Counted from the stretch's first letter, positions 46,831-57,021 are shown. The stretch is DNA of 64,000 nt from an uncultured Acidobacteriota bacterium (GCA_963813155.1 CAWEYG010000003.1:640001-704000), one strand, 5' to 3'. The notes: generated by a model not told the origin, from the letters alone. Translations and numbers: made by a program.

Positions 46831-47367
46831 TCACCTTCCCCCAAACGGGTGAACCCACGTCACGACGACGGAAATGAACGCGGCCGCCTCGACGACGCTC
46901 GCAGCCAGCAGCACGAACCGGGCGGAGCGGCGAGGCACGACCAGGCCCGAGACCAGAAACAGCAACCCGAACATCGGCGCGGCGAAGATCCGGAGCACCG
47001 CGTAGCCCGCCCAGCCGTGCCGCGCGACCGCCGGGCCCGCGGCGCGCTCCGTGAAGTAGTCGATACCGGCTGCCAGCGCCGTCGCGGAGATCAGGATCGC
47101 CGCGATCGACCAGAGCCTCCAGAACCGCGGATACGGCCTCAGGAAGAACAGCGCCGCTCCCGTCGCGGGGATGGAAGCGATCACGAACACGGCGAGGAAA
47201 AGGATGCTGTCGCCGAACGCGAACATCCCCCCGTAGGTGCGCCGATCGGGCCCGCTCGTGGCCGCGACATGCAGAGCGACCGCAGCCATCGCAATGCCAA
47301 AGGCCACGCCGTATCCGGCGAGGACGAGGCCAACTTTCGCGAGTGGCTTCAGGGGGGTCCCCCTCAC
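46831..47367 (-). CDS. Hypothetical membrane protein (about 5 TM)
   Basis: Hydrophobic helices, GGMFAFGD motif; GTGA overlap with the upstream gene. Confidence 0.7.
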   Translation of the reverse strand: MRGTPLKPLAKVGLVLAGYGVAFGIAMAAVALHVAATSGPDRRTYGGMFAFGDSILFLAVFVIASIPATGAALFFLRPYPRFWRLWSIAAILISATALAAGIDYFTERAAGPAVARHGWAGYAVLRIFAAPMFGLLFLVSGLVVPRRSARFVLLAASVVEAAAFISVVVTWVHPFGGR

Positions 47368-47714
47368 CGGACTTCGCAGCCCTCCCCGGGGGAGGGTGGG
47401 CGGGCCAGCGGTGGACTGCGCACCGGTGAGGCCAGGAAGGGCCGGTGAAGCACGAGGACGACGGCCACTCTTCCTGCGAGAAAAAAGAGGAACGCAATCC
47501 CGAACTGAGTGCGGAGGCGGACAGTGACGCCGGCGTATTTCTTCAATAGCCACGCCGTGGCCGGACAGGCCGCGATCCCGGAGCACATCGCGAACCAACC
47601 GTTTGTGACTGGGAGCGGCCCTTCGTGGATGAGGAGCATGAGGCCGCCCACGCCTGCAAGCAGGAACCACCCCCAGGCCACGATCCGGGCGACCACGAGC
47701 CCGACTTTTCGCAT
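47364..47714 (-). CDS. Small hypothetical membrane protein (about 3 TM)
   Basis: Hydrophobic segments; TAAAAT 7 nt before the ATG. Confidence 0.6.
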   Translation of the reverse strand: MRKVGLVVARIVAWGWFLLAGVGGLMLLIHEGPLPVTNGWFAMCSGIAACPATAWLLKKYAGVTVRLRTQFGIAFLFFLAGRVAVVLVLHRPFLASPVRSPPLARPPSPGEGCEVR

Positions 47715-47750
47715 ATCGCGGATTTTAGCGCGGGGGGGTGAGGACCGACC

Positions 47751-48686
47751 CTAAAACGGCAAAGTCTCGTCTTCGTCCGCCCCCGGCTCCGGCAGCGCGG
47801 GCGGATCCTGGCCGAGCATCTTGCGAATCGCGTTGATCGTGTACGGAGCGCTCCCCTCCGCGCGGTTGTTGACGATCAGGAAGAAGTCCTTCTTCTTCTC
47901 TTCCGCGAAGCGGGCGATCTTCGCGGCGTCGGCGCGCATCTCCGGGTGGGCATCCTGGATCCTGTCGTACGGCGTGAACATCTTCACGGCGTCCGCGTAC
48001 TCGCGGCCGGGTGCGACGAGGACGCGCGAGATCAGAAAATCCGACTCGTCCAACCCCGGGACTTCGAACTGCCGCGAGAGCGGCGGCATGTAGGTCCACC
48101 AGTTCAGGACATGCGCCGCCCCGTGGGAGCGGAGCATCGCGAGGTACTCGGCGTCGAGGTATTCGGCCGTCCGGATTTCGACGGCGTAGCGGTGGCCGCG
48201 CGGCAGAGCGGAGAGGAATCCGTCGAGGCGGCCGCGAAACTTCGCGCGGCTCTCCGGCGTCGGGCTCCACTCGCGCCGGAACTCGAAGACGAACGGGCCG
48301 AGGTGGTCGGAGAACCCTTCTTCCGCCGGGCCGAGCACGAACGTCTTGAACGCTTCGACGTTCAGGAAGTTGGGGTTGTCTTTTCCGCCGCGGTCGCCCT
48401 GGCGCTCGATCTTCGGAAAGCGCTCGCACGAGAGCTCTTCCCAGACCTTCGAGACAACCGGGAATCCCGACGGCAGCGACGCGGCATAGCGCTTCCACTC
48501 GCGCGCGTTCTGCGGGCGGTAGAACGTGAAGTCCGCCTCGACGGTTTCGAAACGCCCGGAGCGGGCGTACAGCGCGAGGCGCTCCGCGGAAGAAAGCTTT
48601 TCCGGTGAGCTCGCGGGATACACGATCCCATGCCAGCCGGGATAGTTCCAGGTCGCGGTGCCGATTTTCGTGTATGCGAACTGCAC
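47751..48686 (-). CDS. DUF72 (YecE-like) family protein
   Basis: IGTATWNYPGW.G..YP, TVEADFTFY, AVEIR and VNNRAEG.AP motifs; start inferred at GTG 48686. Confidence 0.88.
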   Translation of the reverse strand: MQFAYTKIGTATWNYPGWHGIVYPASSPEKLSSAERLALYARSGRFETVEADFTFYRPQNAREWKRYAASLPSGFPVVSKVWEELSCERFPKIERQGDRGGKDNPNFLNVEAFKTFVLGPAEEGFSDHLGPFVFEFRREWSPTPESRAKFRGRLDGFLSALPRGHRYAVEIRTAEYLDAEYLAMLRSHGAAHVLNWWTYMPPLSRQFEVPGLDESDFLISRVLVAPGREYADAVKMFTPYDRIQDAHPEMRADAAKIARFAEEKKKDFFLIVNNRAEGSAPYTINAIRKMLGQDPPALPEPGADEDETLPF

Positions 48687-48860
48687 GATCGAATTTTTAC
48701 ACGGATGTGCTTCGCTCAGCCCGATTCGCGGCCTGAACCCCAGCGCCGGCTCGGCCAGCGGGTCCTGTCGCGGGGCCGGCGAGCGACCCCCTGCATTTCG
48801 CTTGTGGGATAATTCAGCACCATAACTCCCGGAAACGGATCGAACGCTCGGAGGCACAAC

Positions 48861-51800
48861 GTGACGGACCTACGCCGGCGGCTCTTCCCCATCCTCCTTC
48901 TGCTCTCCCTGACCGCGATGGCGGGGCCCGAGGCCGGCCTCCGCGTCGTGCGATCCGGCCCCGAGGGCGAGCTCGACGGCATCGCGCAGGCGAAGGAAAT
49001 CCGGATCGTCTTTTCCGAGCCGATGGTCGCGCTCGGCAAGATCCCGACGCCCGTCGCGGCCCCGTTCTTCCAGATCGAGCCGCCCGTTCCCGGCGCGTTC
49101 CGCTGGTCCGGCACGACGACGCTGATCTTCACGCCCGCGGCGAAGCTCCCGTTCGCGACGAAGTACTCCGTGACGGTGGCGGCGTCGGCGGCGGCCGTTT
49201 CCGGGCATCGCCTGAAGAGCGCGCACGCGTTCTCGTTCACGACGCCGACCGTCCGCCTGCGGCAGACGCGGTGGTGGCGCAAGAGCGGAAAGGTCGATTC
49301 GCCGATCCTCGTCGCGCTCCGCTTCAACCAGCCGGTCGCGCCGGAGAAGATCCGCGACGCGATTTCGCTCAAGTATTCGCCGCACGAGTGGCAGGCCCCT
49401 TCGGCGCCGAGCGATCCGGATCCGGCATTCAACGCGAAGCTCGACCGCGCTGTGAAGGCGTCCCAGCTGGCGGACGCCGTTCCGTACATCGTCGTCGCGA
49501 AATGGAACCCGAAGCTCATCAAGCCGGGCAGCGACCTCATCGTCCTCGAGACCCGCGACGTTCCGCCCACGAACGCGTGGATCTCCGTCGACCTCGACGA
49601 AAAGGCCCCCGCCGTCCAGGGCCCCGAGGTCCCCGGAACGCCGCAACAGTTCACGATGAAGATGGAGCCGCCGTTTTTCGTCACCGGGCTGAAGTGTGCC
49701 GACGGGTGCGACCCGGACAACTACAACCCGCTCCTTTTCACCGCCTCCGCAACCGAGAAGACCGTTCGCGACGTCCTGCAGTTTTCCGAAATCGCGGCCG
49801 GCGCGGCCCGCCGGCTGCAGCCGAAACCCGCGAAAGAGCGGGAAGCCGGAATCGACGAAGTCGACGAGGGCGGCGAGGAAGTCGAGCCCTCGACGCCGCT
49901 CCATTCCGACGAGGCTCCGGGCAGCTATGAATCCAGCTTCACTCTCGAAGAGCTCGGCTACGAGGCCGCGCCCGCGCGCAGCTATAAGCTCCGGGTGCCT
50001 TCGACGCTCCGCTCCGAAGACGGCGAGCTCCTCGGCTACGACTGGACGGGCCAGCTCGAGAACCTCCACCAGGCGGCTTTTCTGAGTTTTGGCAGCGGGC
50101 ACGGAGTCTGGGAGGCGTCGGGCGGCAGCGAGCTGCCCTTCTCGGCGCGCAACCTGCAGGACTTGCGCGAATGGGTTTCTCCCCTGACGGTGGACGCCCT
50201 GTTTCCGACGATCCAGCACCTCGAGGAGAAGGACTTCGGCGAGCTCCCGCCCGGCGAGGGAAAAGCGCGGAACCTCTCCCCCGTCGCCGACAAGATCCAG
50301 GCTTATGGGTTGAACCTCAAGAGCGCGCTCTCGGCCCGCGGCACGGGCGTCGCCTGGGCCGGGCTCTCGTTCGGGCGCCCGATCCCCCGGTCGCTGCTTC
50401 CCTCCGGCACCGCGACCTCGCAATCGACGATCGTGCAGGTCACGAATCTCGGCATCACCGTGAAGGACAGCCCGCAGAACACGCTCGTCTTCGTCACGAC
50501 GCTCGACCACGCGGTCCCGGTCGCGGGAGCTCGCGTCGCCATTCGGAGCCTGGACAACAAGGTCTTCTGGAGCGGCGAGACTGGAAAGGACGGGCTCGTG
50601 CTTGCGCCGCACACGGCCCTGCGCGACCCGAAGGACTGGTGGAAGCTCGCGTTCCTCGTCACCGCGGAAAAGGACGGCGACGTCGCTTACGTCGCGAGCA
50701 ACTGGAACGAGGGGATCTCCTCGTGGGTGTTCGGCATCAACTACGACCTGGAAGAAGCGCTTCCGATCCTTCGCGGCGCCGTCTTCACGGACCGCGGCGT
50801 TTACAAGCCGGGAGAGCAGGTCCACTTCAAGGCGATCTTCCGGAGCGACACGGCGGACGGGATGAAGATGCTGCCGCCGGCTTCGAAGATCTCCCTGAAG
50901 GTCACCGACAGCCAGGGCAAGGAGATTGACAAGAGGTCGGTCGCGGCCGGCAAGTGGAGCGCTTCGGACGGCGTTTTCACCGTTCCGGAAGACGGGCCCC
51001 TCGGCAGCTACCGGGTCGCCGCGAGCTCTGAAGAGACTCATCGGGAGGTGAGCGGGCAGTTCCTCGTCGCGGCATACCGGCGCCCGGATTTCCGCGTCGC
51101 CGTGAAGCTCGGCGAAGGGACGCTGATCGCCGGAAAGTCGATCGCCGGAGAAAGGCTCGCCGGCGTCGTCTCGGGCCGATACCTCTTCGGCGCCGTCATG
51201 AAAGACCGCGCGGTGCGCTGGACGTATTCCGCCCAGCCCGTGCTCGACGTGCCCGACGCCGTTCGCAACTTCGACCGCGAGAACGAATACGAGTTCCTCG
51301 ACTGGGAATCGGCCCGCAAGTGGACGCGAACAGAGCCGCTCCAGGAAAAGCGCGGGAAGCTGGGACCGGAGGGAGACCTCGCCCTTTCGCTCGAGACGAA
51401 AAAGACCGCGGGCATTCCGCTGCGCTACACGCTGGAGGGAGAAGTCACCGACGTGTCGCGGCAGACGATCGCGGGGCGCGCGTCGTCGCTCGTGAATCCG
51501 GCGCCGTGGTACATCGCCGTGAAAAAGCTCCCCTACTTCGTCGATGCGCGCGCGGGCGCCGACACGGCGATCGCGGCCGTCGGCCTCGACGGGAAGACCG
51601 CCGCGGGGGTGCCCGTCCGCGTGAAGCTCGAGCAGGTGCAGTGGCACAGCGTGCGCCGCGCCGAAGGAAACGGCTTCTACAGCTGGGACTCGAAAGAGAC
51701 GCGCGTGCCGGCCGGCAAGTGGACGGTCCCGACGGGGGAGCGCCCCGCTCCCCTGCACGTCCCCGTCCCGGGCGGCGGGTTTTACATCCTCGAGGCGCGC

Positions 51801-54686
51801 GCCCAGGACGGGGAAGGGCGCTTCACGACGACGACGAGCTCCTTCTACGCGACGGGAGAAGGCTACGCGGCGTGGCAGCGCTACGACGGCGCGCAGATCG
51901 ACCTCGTCCCCGAGAAGAAGAGCTACCGCCCGGGCGAGACCGCCCGCCTCCTGATCAAGTCGCCGTGGGAAAAGGCGACGCTCCTCCTGACGACCGAGCG
52001 CGAGGGCGTCCGCCGCTACCGCGAGCTCGACCTGACGTCCACGCAGCAGACGGTCGAGGTTCCCGTGACGGAGGACGACATCCCGAACGTCTACGTGTCC
52101 GTGGTCCTCGTCAAAGGACGAAGCGAATCGTTCTCGGCGACCGACGCGAGCGATCCCGGCAAGCCTTCGTTCCGCGTCGGGTACGCGGCGCTCCAGGTTG
52201 AGGACGCGCGCAAGCGCCTTTCGCTGGCCGTGGAAACGGACAAGCCGGAATACCGCCCGTCCGCCCGCGCGACGATCCGGATCCTCGTGAAAGACGCGGA
52301 CGCGAAGCCGGTGCGGGCGGAAGCGACGCTGTGGGCGGTCGATGCGGGCGTGCTCGACCTGACCGCGTACAAGACCCCCGACATCCTCGGTTCCATCTAC
52401 GTGAACAAGGCGCTCGGCGTCTCGAACGAGGACTCGCGGCAGCGGATCGTCAGCCGCCGCGTCCTCACGCCGAAAGGCGCCGACTCCGCCGGAGGCGGCG
52501 GGCGGTCCGAGGGACCGGGCAGCCCCGTGCGCAAGGACTTCCGGCCGCTCGCCGTCTGGCTCGGGTCGGTGGAAACGGACGCGCAGGGGAAGGCGTCCGC
52601 GTCGGTGCAGCTGCCCGATTCCCTCACCGCGTACCGCGTGATGGCGGTCGCGGCCGACGGAGCTTCGCGCTTCGGCAAGGGCGACCTCGAAATCCGCACG
52701 AGCAAACCGGTCCTCCTGAAGCCGGCGTTTCCCCGCTTCCTCGCGGTCGGCGATCGGGCGCAGTTCGGCTCGGTCGTCTTCAGCCAGCTGAAAGCCGCGG
52801 GAAAGGCTTCGGTCACGATGACGAGCCTCGACCCCGGCGTGCTCGAAATCGAGGAGGCTTCGCCGAAAACCGTCGACATCGGCGCCGGCGGCTCCGCGGA
52901 AGTCCGGTTTCGCGTCCGCGCGAAAGCGGTCGGAAGAGCCCGGCTGCGAACTTCGGTCGAGCTGTTGTCGGAGAGCGACGTTTTCGAGGACACGCTCCCG
53001 GTCGAGGTCCTCGTCTCTCCGGAAGTCGTCTCCGCCTACGGGCAGGTCGACGACAAGAAGGCGACCGAGAAGATCGAGATTCCGGACCGCCTCGTCGCCG
53101 GGTACGGCGGCCTGCGGTTCGAGCTCTCGTCGACCGCCCTGTCCGGCCTCGGGGAGGGAGCGGACTACCTCGTCGAATATCCCTACGGCTGCGCCGAGCA
53201 GCGCGCGTCCCGCGGCCTCGCGATCATGCTCGCCGCGGACCTCGGCGGGGCGTTCCACCTGCCGGCCATCTCCCCCGCGGACCTCCGAAAAACCGCGCAG
53301 GAAAACCTGAAGGAGCTCGAGTCGTTCCAGTGCGACGACGGCGGGTTCGGCTACTGGAAGGGCTCCTGCCCTTCGTCTCCGTACCTCACAAGCTACGTCA
53401 CGCACGTCTTCCAGCGCGGCGCGAAGCTCGGCTACGAGATCCCCGGCGACGTGCTCGACCGGGCCTACAAGTATCTCGACGGACAGCTCGGCCAGGCTCC
53501 CCCGCAGAACGAAGGGTGGCGCCCGTCGTACGCGGCGTGGCAGGCGTTCGGGGCGAAGGTCCTTGCCGAGGGAGGCCGACGCGAGGACAGCAACATCACG
53601 CGCCTGTTCGGCGAAGCCGACCGGATGCCCGTGTTCGGGCTGACGTACCTCCTCGACGCAATGGTTGCCTCCGGGGAAAACGGCGCGCGCCCGGCGGAGC
53701 TCGTACGGCGGATCGACAACGCGATCCTCCCGGAGGGGGGAACGGCGCACGTGGAAGAGCTCTCCGACCCTTACCTGCTGTGGTTCTGGAGCTCGAACGT
53801 CCGTTCGACGGCGCTTGCACTGGGCTCCCTGGTCCGGCGCAAGCGCGACGACGCGACGATCCCGGCGATGGTCCGATGGCTGCTGAAAGCCCGCGAAAAG
53901 GGGCGCTGGGGAAACACGCAGGAAAACGCGCAGGCGATGGAGGCGCTCGTCGACTATTACCGCGCTCTCGAGAAGGAGGTCCCCGATTTCTCCGCGGTCG
54001 TCGCGCTGTCGGGACAGACCCTCGCGAAACGGTCTTTCACCGGCCGGAGCGCCGACGCCTCGGAGACGAACGTCCCGATGAAGGACATCCTCGCGCGGGG
54101 CAAGCCGGGCGAGCCGCTCGACCTCGAGTTCTCGAAGTCGGGACCGGGCAAGCTCTTCTACTCGGCCTCGCTGCGCTACGCGAGCGACGAGCCGAAGCTC
54201 GAGGCGATGGAAAAGGGAATCGCCGTCGAGCGCTCGTACGCGCCGACCGACGAGAAGGGCCGCGACGGCGCGCCGGCATTGTCGTTCAAGGCGGGAGAGC
54301 TCGTCCGCGTCACGCTGAAGCTCCGGCTGACAAAGGAACGCCGCTTCGTCGCCGTCACGGACCCGCTTCCGGCAGGATTCGAACCCGTCGAGTCCTGGTT
54401 CGCGACGACGGCCGCCGACCTCTCGCGCCAGCAGGTCCGCGAGGAGAGCGGCGGCGAGGACTGGACGTCCTGGTGGCGCCGCGGCGGATTCGACCACGTG
54501 GAGCGGCACGACGACCGCGTCCTGCTGTTCGCGACCCGGCTCGCCGAGGGCGAGCACAAGTTCTCGTACGTCGCGCGCGCGACGACGTCGGGCACGTTCG
54601 CGACGGCGCCGGCGCGGGCCGAGGAAATGTACGAGCCGGAGGTCTTCGGCCGCACGTCTTCCGCGGTCGTCGCGGTCGAGCCGTGA
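48861..54686 (+). CDS. Bacterial alpha-2-macroglobulin family protein
   Basis: 1941 aa; signal peptide, TDRGVYKPGE, thioester motif YPYGCAEQ, WGNTQEN, DPLPAGFE and EEMYEPE; followed by pbpC. Confidence 0.95.
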   Translation: MTDLRRRLFPILLLLSLTAMAGPEAGLRVVRSGPEGELDGIAQAKEIRIVFSEPMVALGKIPTPVAAPFFQIEPPVPGAFRWSGTTTLIFTPAAKLPFATKYSVTVAASAAAVSGHRLKSAHAFSFTTPTVRLRQTRWWRKSGKVDSPILVALRFNQPVAPEKIRDAISLKYSPHEWQAPSAPSDPDPAFNAKLDRAVKASQLADAVPYIVVAKWNPKLIKPGSDLIVLETRDVPPTNAWISVDLDEKAPAVQGPEVPGTPQQFTMKMEPPFFVTGLKCADGCDPDNYNPLLFTASATEKTVRDVLQFSEIAAGAARRLQPKPAKEREAGIDEVDEGGEEVEPSTPLHSDEAPGSYESSFTLEELGYEAAPARSYKLRVPSTLRSEDGELLGYDWTGQLENLHQAAFLSFGSGHGVWEASGGSELPFSARNLQDLREWVSPLTVDALFPTIQHLEEKDFGELPPGEGKARNLSPVADKIQAYGLNLKSALSARGTGVAWAGLSFGRPIPRSLLPSGTATSQSTIVQVTNLGITVKDSPQNTLVFVTTLDHAVPVAGARVAIRSLDNKVFWSGETGKDGLVLAPHTALRDPKDWWKLAFLVTAEKDGDVAYVASNWNEGISSWVFGINYDLEEALPILRGAVFTDRGVYKPGEQVHFKAIFRSDTADGMKMLPPASKISLKVTDSQGKEIDKRSVAAGKWSASDGVFTVPEDGPLGSYRVAASSEETHREVSGQFLVAAYRRPDFRVAVKLGEGTLIAGKSIAGERLAGVVSGRYLFGAVMKDRAVRWTYSAQPVLDVPDAVRNFDRENEYEFLDWESARKWTRTEPLQEKRGKLGPEGDLALSLETKKTAGIPLRYTLEGEVTDVSRQTIAGRASSLVNPAPWYIAVKKLPYFVDARAGADTAIAAVGLDGKTAAGVPVRVKLEQVQWHSVRRAEGNGFYSWDSKETRVPAGKWTVPTGERPAPLHVPVPGGGFYILEARAQDGEGRFTTTTSSFYATGEGYAAWQRYDGAQIDLVPEKKSYRPGETARLLIKSPWEKATLLLTTEREGVRRYRELDLTSTQQTVEVPVTEDDIPNVYVSVVLVKGRSESFSATDASDPGKPSFRVGYAALQVEDARKRLSLAVETDKPEYRPSARATIRILVKDADAKPVRAEATLWAVDAGVLDLTAYKTPDILGSIYVNKALGVSNEDSRQRIVSRRVLTPKGADSAGGGGRSEGPGSPVRKDFRPLAVWLGSVETDAQGKASASVQLPDSLTAYRVMAVAADGASRFGKGDLEIRTSKPVLLKPAFPRFLAVGDRAQFGSVVFSQLKAAGKASVTMTSLDPGVLEIEEASPKTVDIGAGGSAEVRFRVRAKAVGRARLRTSVELLSESDVFEDTLPVEVLVSPEVVSAYGQVDDKKATEKIEIPDRLVAGYGGLRFELSSTALSGLGEGADYLVEYPYGCAEQRASRGLAIMLAADLGGAFHLPAISPADLRKTAQENLKELESFQCDDGGFGYWKGSCPSSPYLTSYVTHVFQRGAKLGYEIPGDVLDRAYKYLDGQLGQAPPQNEGWRPSYAAWQAFGAKVLAEGGRREDSNITRLFGEADRMPVFGLTYLLDAMVASGENGARPAELVRRIDNAILPEGGTAHVEELSDPYLLWFWSSNVRSTALALGSLVRRKRDDATIPAMVRWLLKAREKGRWGNTQENAQAMEALVDYYRALEKEVPDFSAVVALSGQTLAKRSFTGRSADASETNVPMKDILARGKPGEPLDLEFSKSGPGKLFYSASLRYASDEPKLEAMEKGIAVERSYAPTDEKGRDGAPALSFKAGELVRVTLKLRLTKERRFVAVTDPLPAGFEPVESWFATTAADLSRQQVREESGGEDWTSWWRRGGFDHVERHDDRVLLFATRLAEGEHKFSYVARATTSGTFATAPARAEEMYEPEVFGRTSSAVVAVEP

Positions 54687-57004
54687 GGAGAAAGCTCGCC
54701 GCGGCGGCGATCGCCGCCGCCGCGGTCCTTGTCTGGATTCGCTGCGGACCTCTTCCGCCGGGGTTCCTCGATCTCCGCGGCCGGATCTCGACGACCGTCA
54801 CCGATCGGAACGGAGAGGTCCTGTACGAGCGCCTGTCGGCCGCGGGAGACCGCGCGAGCTGGATTCCGGCCGGCCGTCTCCCCGACGCTCTCGCTGCCGC
54901 CACGCTCGCCGCCGAGGACCGGCGCTTCTTCTTTCACCCGGGCGTCGATCTTCCCGCGATCGCGCGCGCGTCGTGGCATGACGCGCGGCGCGGACGCCTG
55001 GCCGAGGGGGGATCGACGATCACCCAGCAGGTCGTCAAGCAGCTGTTGTCTCAAACCCGGGGAAGGATCGGGGGGCGGTCGATCGGCGGGAAGGCGCGCG
55101 AGGCGCTCCTTGCGCTGCGGCTCGAGCACCGCCTGCCGAAAGCCGAGATCCTCGCTCTCTACCTGAACCTCGCGCCGTACGGCCACCAGTACACCGGCGC
55201 GGGCGCCGCGAGCCGCGCGTATTTCGGCTGTCCCCCGGAAAATCTCACGGCCGCGCAGGCCGCATTCCTCGCCGGGCTCCCGCAGCGCCCCACCGGTTTC
55301 GACCCGTACCGCAGTTTCGACGCCGCGCGGCGCCGCCAGCGATGGGTCCTCGCCCGGATGCGCGCGGCGGGCGAGCTCTCCGAAGACGAGTACCGGCAGG
55401 CCCTCGCGGAACGTCTCGCCCTCCGCCGCGAGCCGAAGGCGTTCCTCGCGCCGCACTTCGTCGCTGAGGTGCTCGGGCGCTTCCCGGTCGCGGGCCCGGC
55501 GCCCTCGACGATCACGACGACGCTCGACGCCGGCCTCCAGGCGGAAGTCGCGGGGATCCTCTTCGCTCAGCGGGCAGGCCTGCGGTCCCATCAGGCTCGA
55601 AACGCGGCCGTCGCGGTGCTCGACAACGCGCGGGGAGAGTGGCTCGCGTGGGAGGGCTCCGGCGACGACTTCGACGACGAGAACGGCGCCCGGATCGACG
55701 GCGTGACGGCACCGCGCCAGCCCGGATCCGCGCTGAAGCCGTTCACCTACGCGCTCGCGTTCGACGAGGGGTTCACCCCGGCGAGCATCCTCCCCGACGT
55801 GCCGGCGGCGTTTCCGACGGCGCAATCGGGCGTGATCTACGCGCCGCGAAACTACGACGGCCGCTTCCGCGGCCCGCTGCGCGCGCGCGAGGCCCTCGGC
55901 AACTCGGAGAACGTTCCGGCGGTCTGGCTCCTGTCGCAGGCGGGCGTCCCGCGGCTCCTCGCGCTGCTGCGAGGGGCCGGGTTCTCGACGCTGGACAGGA
56001 ACTCTTCCTACTACGGGTACGCGCTGACGATGGGCGACGCCGAAGTCGAGCTGGCGGAGCTCGTCGCGGCGTATTCCGCGTTCGCGCGCGGCGGGATCTT
56101 CCGCTCCCCGGCGGCCGTGCTTCGCCTCGCGGACTCGAACGGCCGCGCGATTCCGGTCGAGGCGGCGGCCGAGCGCCGGATCTTCTCACGGCGAGCGGCG
56201 TTCTGGATCACGAGCATCCTGTCGGATCCCGAGGCGCGGGCGGCCACGTTCGGCCGGGGCGGCGTTCTCGACTTTCCGTTCCCCGCCGCCGTGAAGACGG
56301 GCACGTCGCAGGCCTACCGCGACAACTGGACGATCGGCTACACGAAGAACGTCACCGTCGGCGTGTGGGTGGGAAACTTCGACCGAACTCCTCTTGCCGA
56401 CTCGTCGGGCGTCACCGGGGCCGGCCCGATCCTGCACGACGTGCTGCTCGCCGCGGAAAAGCGCGCGAGCGGCTGCTCCTCCTGCTCCACCGGCGAGCCC
56501 GTCTCTCCCCCGCCGGGCGACCTGTCCGCCGTGGAGATCTGCGCGCTCTCCGGCCTGCGCGCGGGGCGGGCGTGCCCGCGCTCGATCCGCGAATGGCTTC
56601 CGGCCGGCCGCCTCCCCGACGCGTGCGACTGGCACCGGGGCGGCTCCGCGGTCGCGTGGCCCGCCGAATTCCGCGCGTGGGCCCTCGACAACGGGCTCGC
56701 CTCGCGGCGGGAGCCTTCGCGCGAAGCGTCGAACGCGTCCCGAAGGCCTCTTTCGATCCTCGACCCGCCGGACGGCACGACCTACCTGATCGACCCGACG
56801 CTGCGGAGGGAGTTTCAGACCCTCACCTTGCGCGCCGCGGCGCGCGGAGGGGAACGCGACGTCGAGTGGAGCATCGACGGCGACGTGCTGGGATCGATCT
56901 CATCGGAGGCGTCGCTCTCCTGGCCGATCCGGGCGGGAGAGCACACGGTCGCGGCGCGCGACGGAGACGGCCACCGCGACACGGCGAAGATCATCGTGCG
57001 GTAG
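54683..57004 (+). CDS. pbpC: Penicillin-binding protein 1C
   Basis: EDRRFF.HPGVD, GGSTITQQ, SxxK (GSALKPF), SxN (SEN), KTGTS and C-terminal BiPBP domain. Confidence 0.93.
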   Translation: MRRKLAAAAIAAAAVLVWIRCGPLPPGFLDLRGRISTTVTDRNGEVLYERLSAAGDRASWIPAGRLPDALAAATLAAEDRRFFFHPGVDLPAIARASWHDARRGRLAEGGSTITQQVVKQLLSQTRGRIGGRSIGGKAREALLALRLEHRLPKAEILALYLNLAPYGHQYTGAGAASRAYFGCPPENLTAAQAAFLAGLPQRPTGFDPYRSFDAARRRQRWVLARMRAAGELSEDEYRQALAERLALRREPKAFLAPHFVAEVLGRFPVAGPAPSTITTTLDAGLQAEVAGILFAQRAGLRSHQARNAAVAVLDNARGEWLAWEGSGDDFDDENGARIDGVTAPRQPGSALKPFTYALAFDEGFTPASILPDVPAAFPTAQSGVIYAPRNYDGRFRGPLRAREALGNSENVPAVWLLSQAGVPRLLALLRGAGFSTLDRNSSYYGYALTMGDAEVELAELVAAYSAFARGGIFRSPAAVLRLADSNGRAIPVEAAAERRIFSRRAAFWITSILSDPEARAATFGRGGVLDFPFPAAVKTGTSQAYRDNWTIGYTKNVTVGVWVGNFDRTPLADSSGVTGAGPILHDVLLAAEKRASGCSSCSTGEPVSPPPGDLSAVEICALSGLRAGRACPRSIREWLPAGRLPDACDWHRGGSAVAWPAEFRAWALDNGLASRREPSREASNASRRPLSILDPPDGTTYLIDPTLRREFQTLTLRAAARGGERDVEWSIDGDVLGSISSEASLSWPIRAGEHTVAARDGDGHRDTAKIIVR

Positions 57005-57021
57005 ACCAGCAGCCGCCGCCA

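Noticed and set aside
36318-47714. Integron cassette array
   Set aside because: No integrase in the window, genes in mixed orientation, and no repeated RYYYAAC...GTTRRRY attC sites found by eye; retained only as an accessory island
48870-54557. 1895-aa antisense ORF opposite the alpha-2-macroglobulin gene, and many other long antisense or alternate-frame ORFs
   Set aside because: Shadow ORFs expected in high-GC DNA with strong codon bias; Arg/Pro/Ala-rich translations with no family motifs
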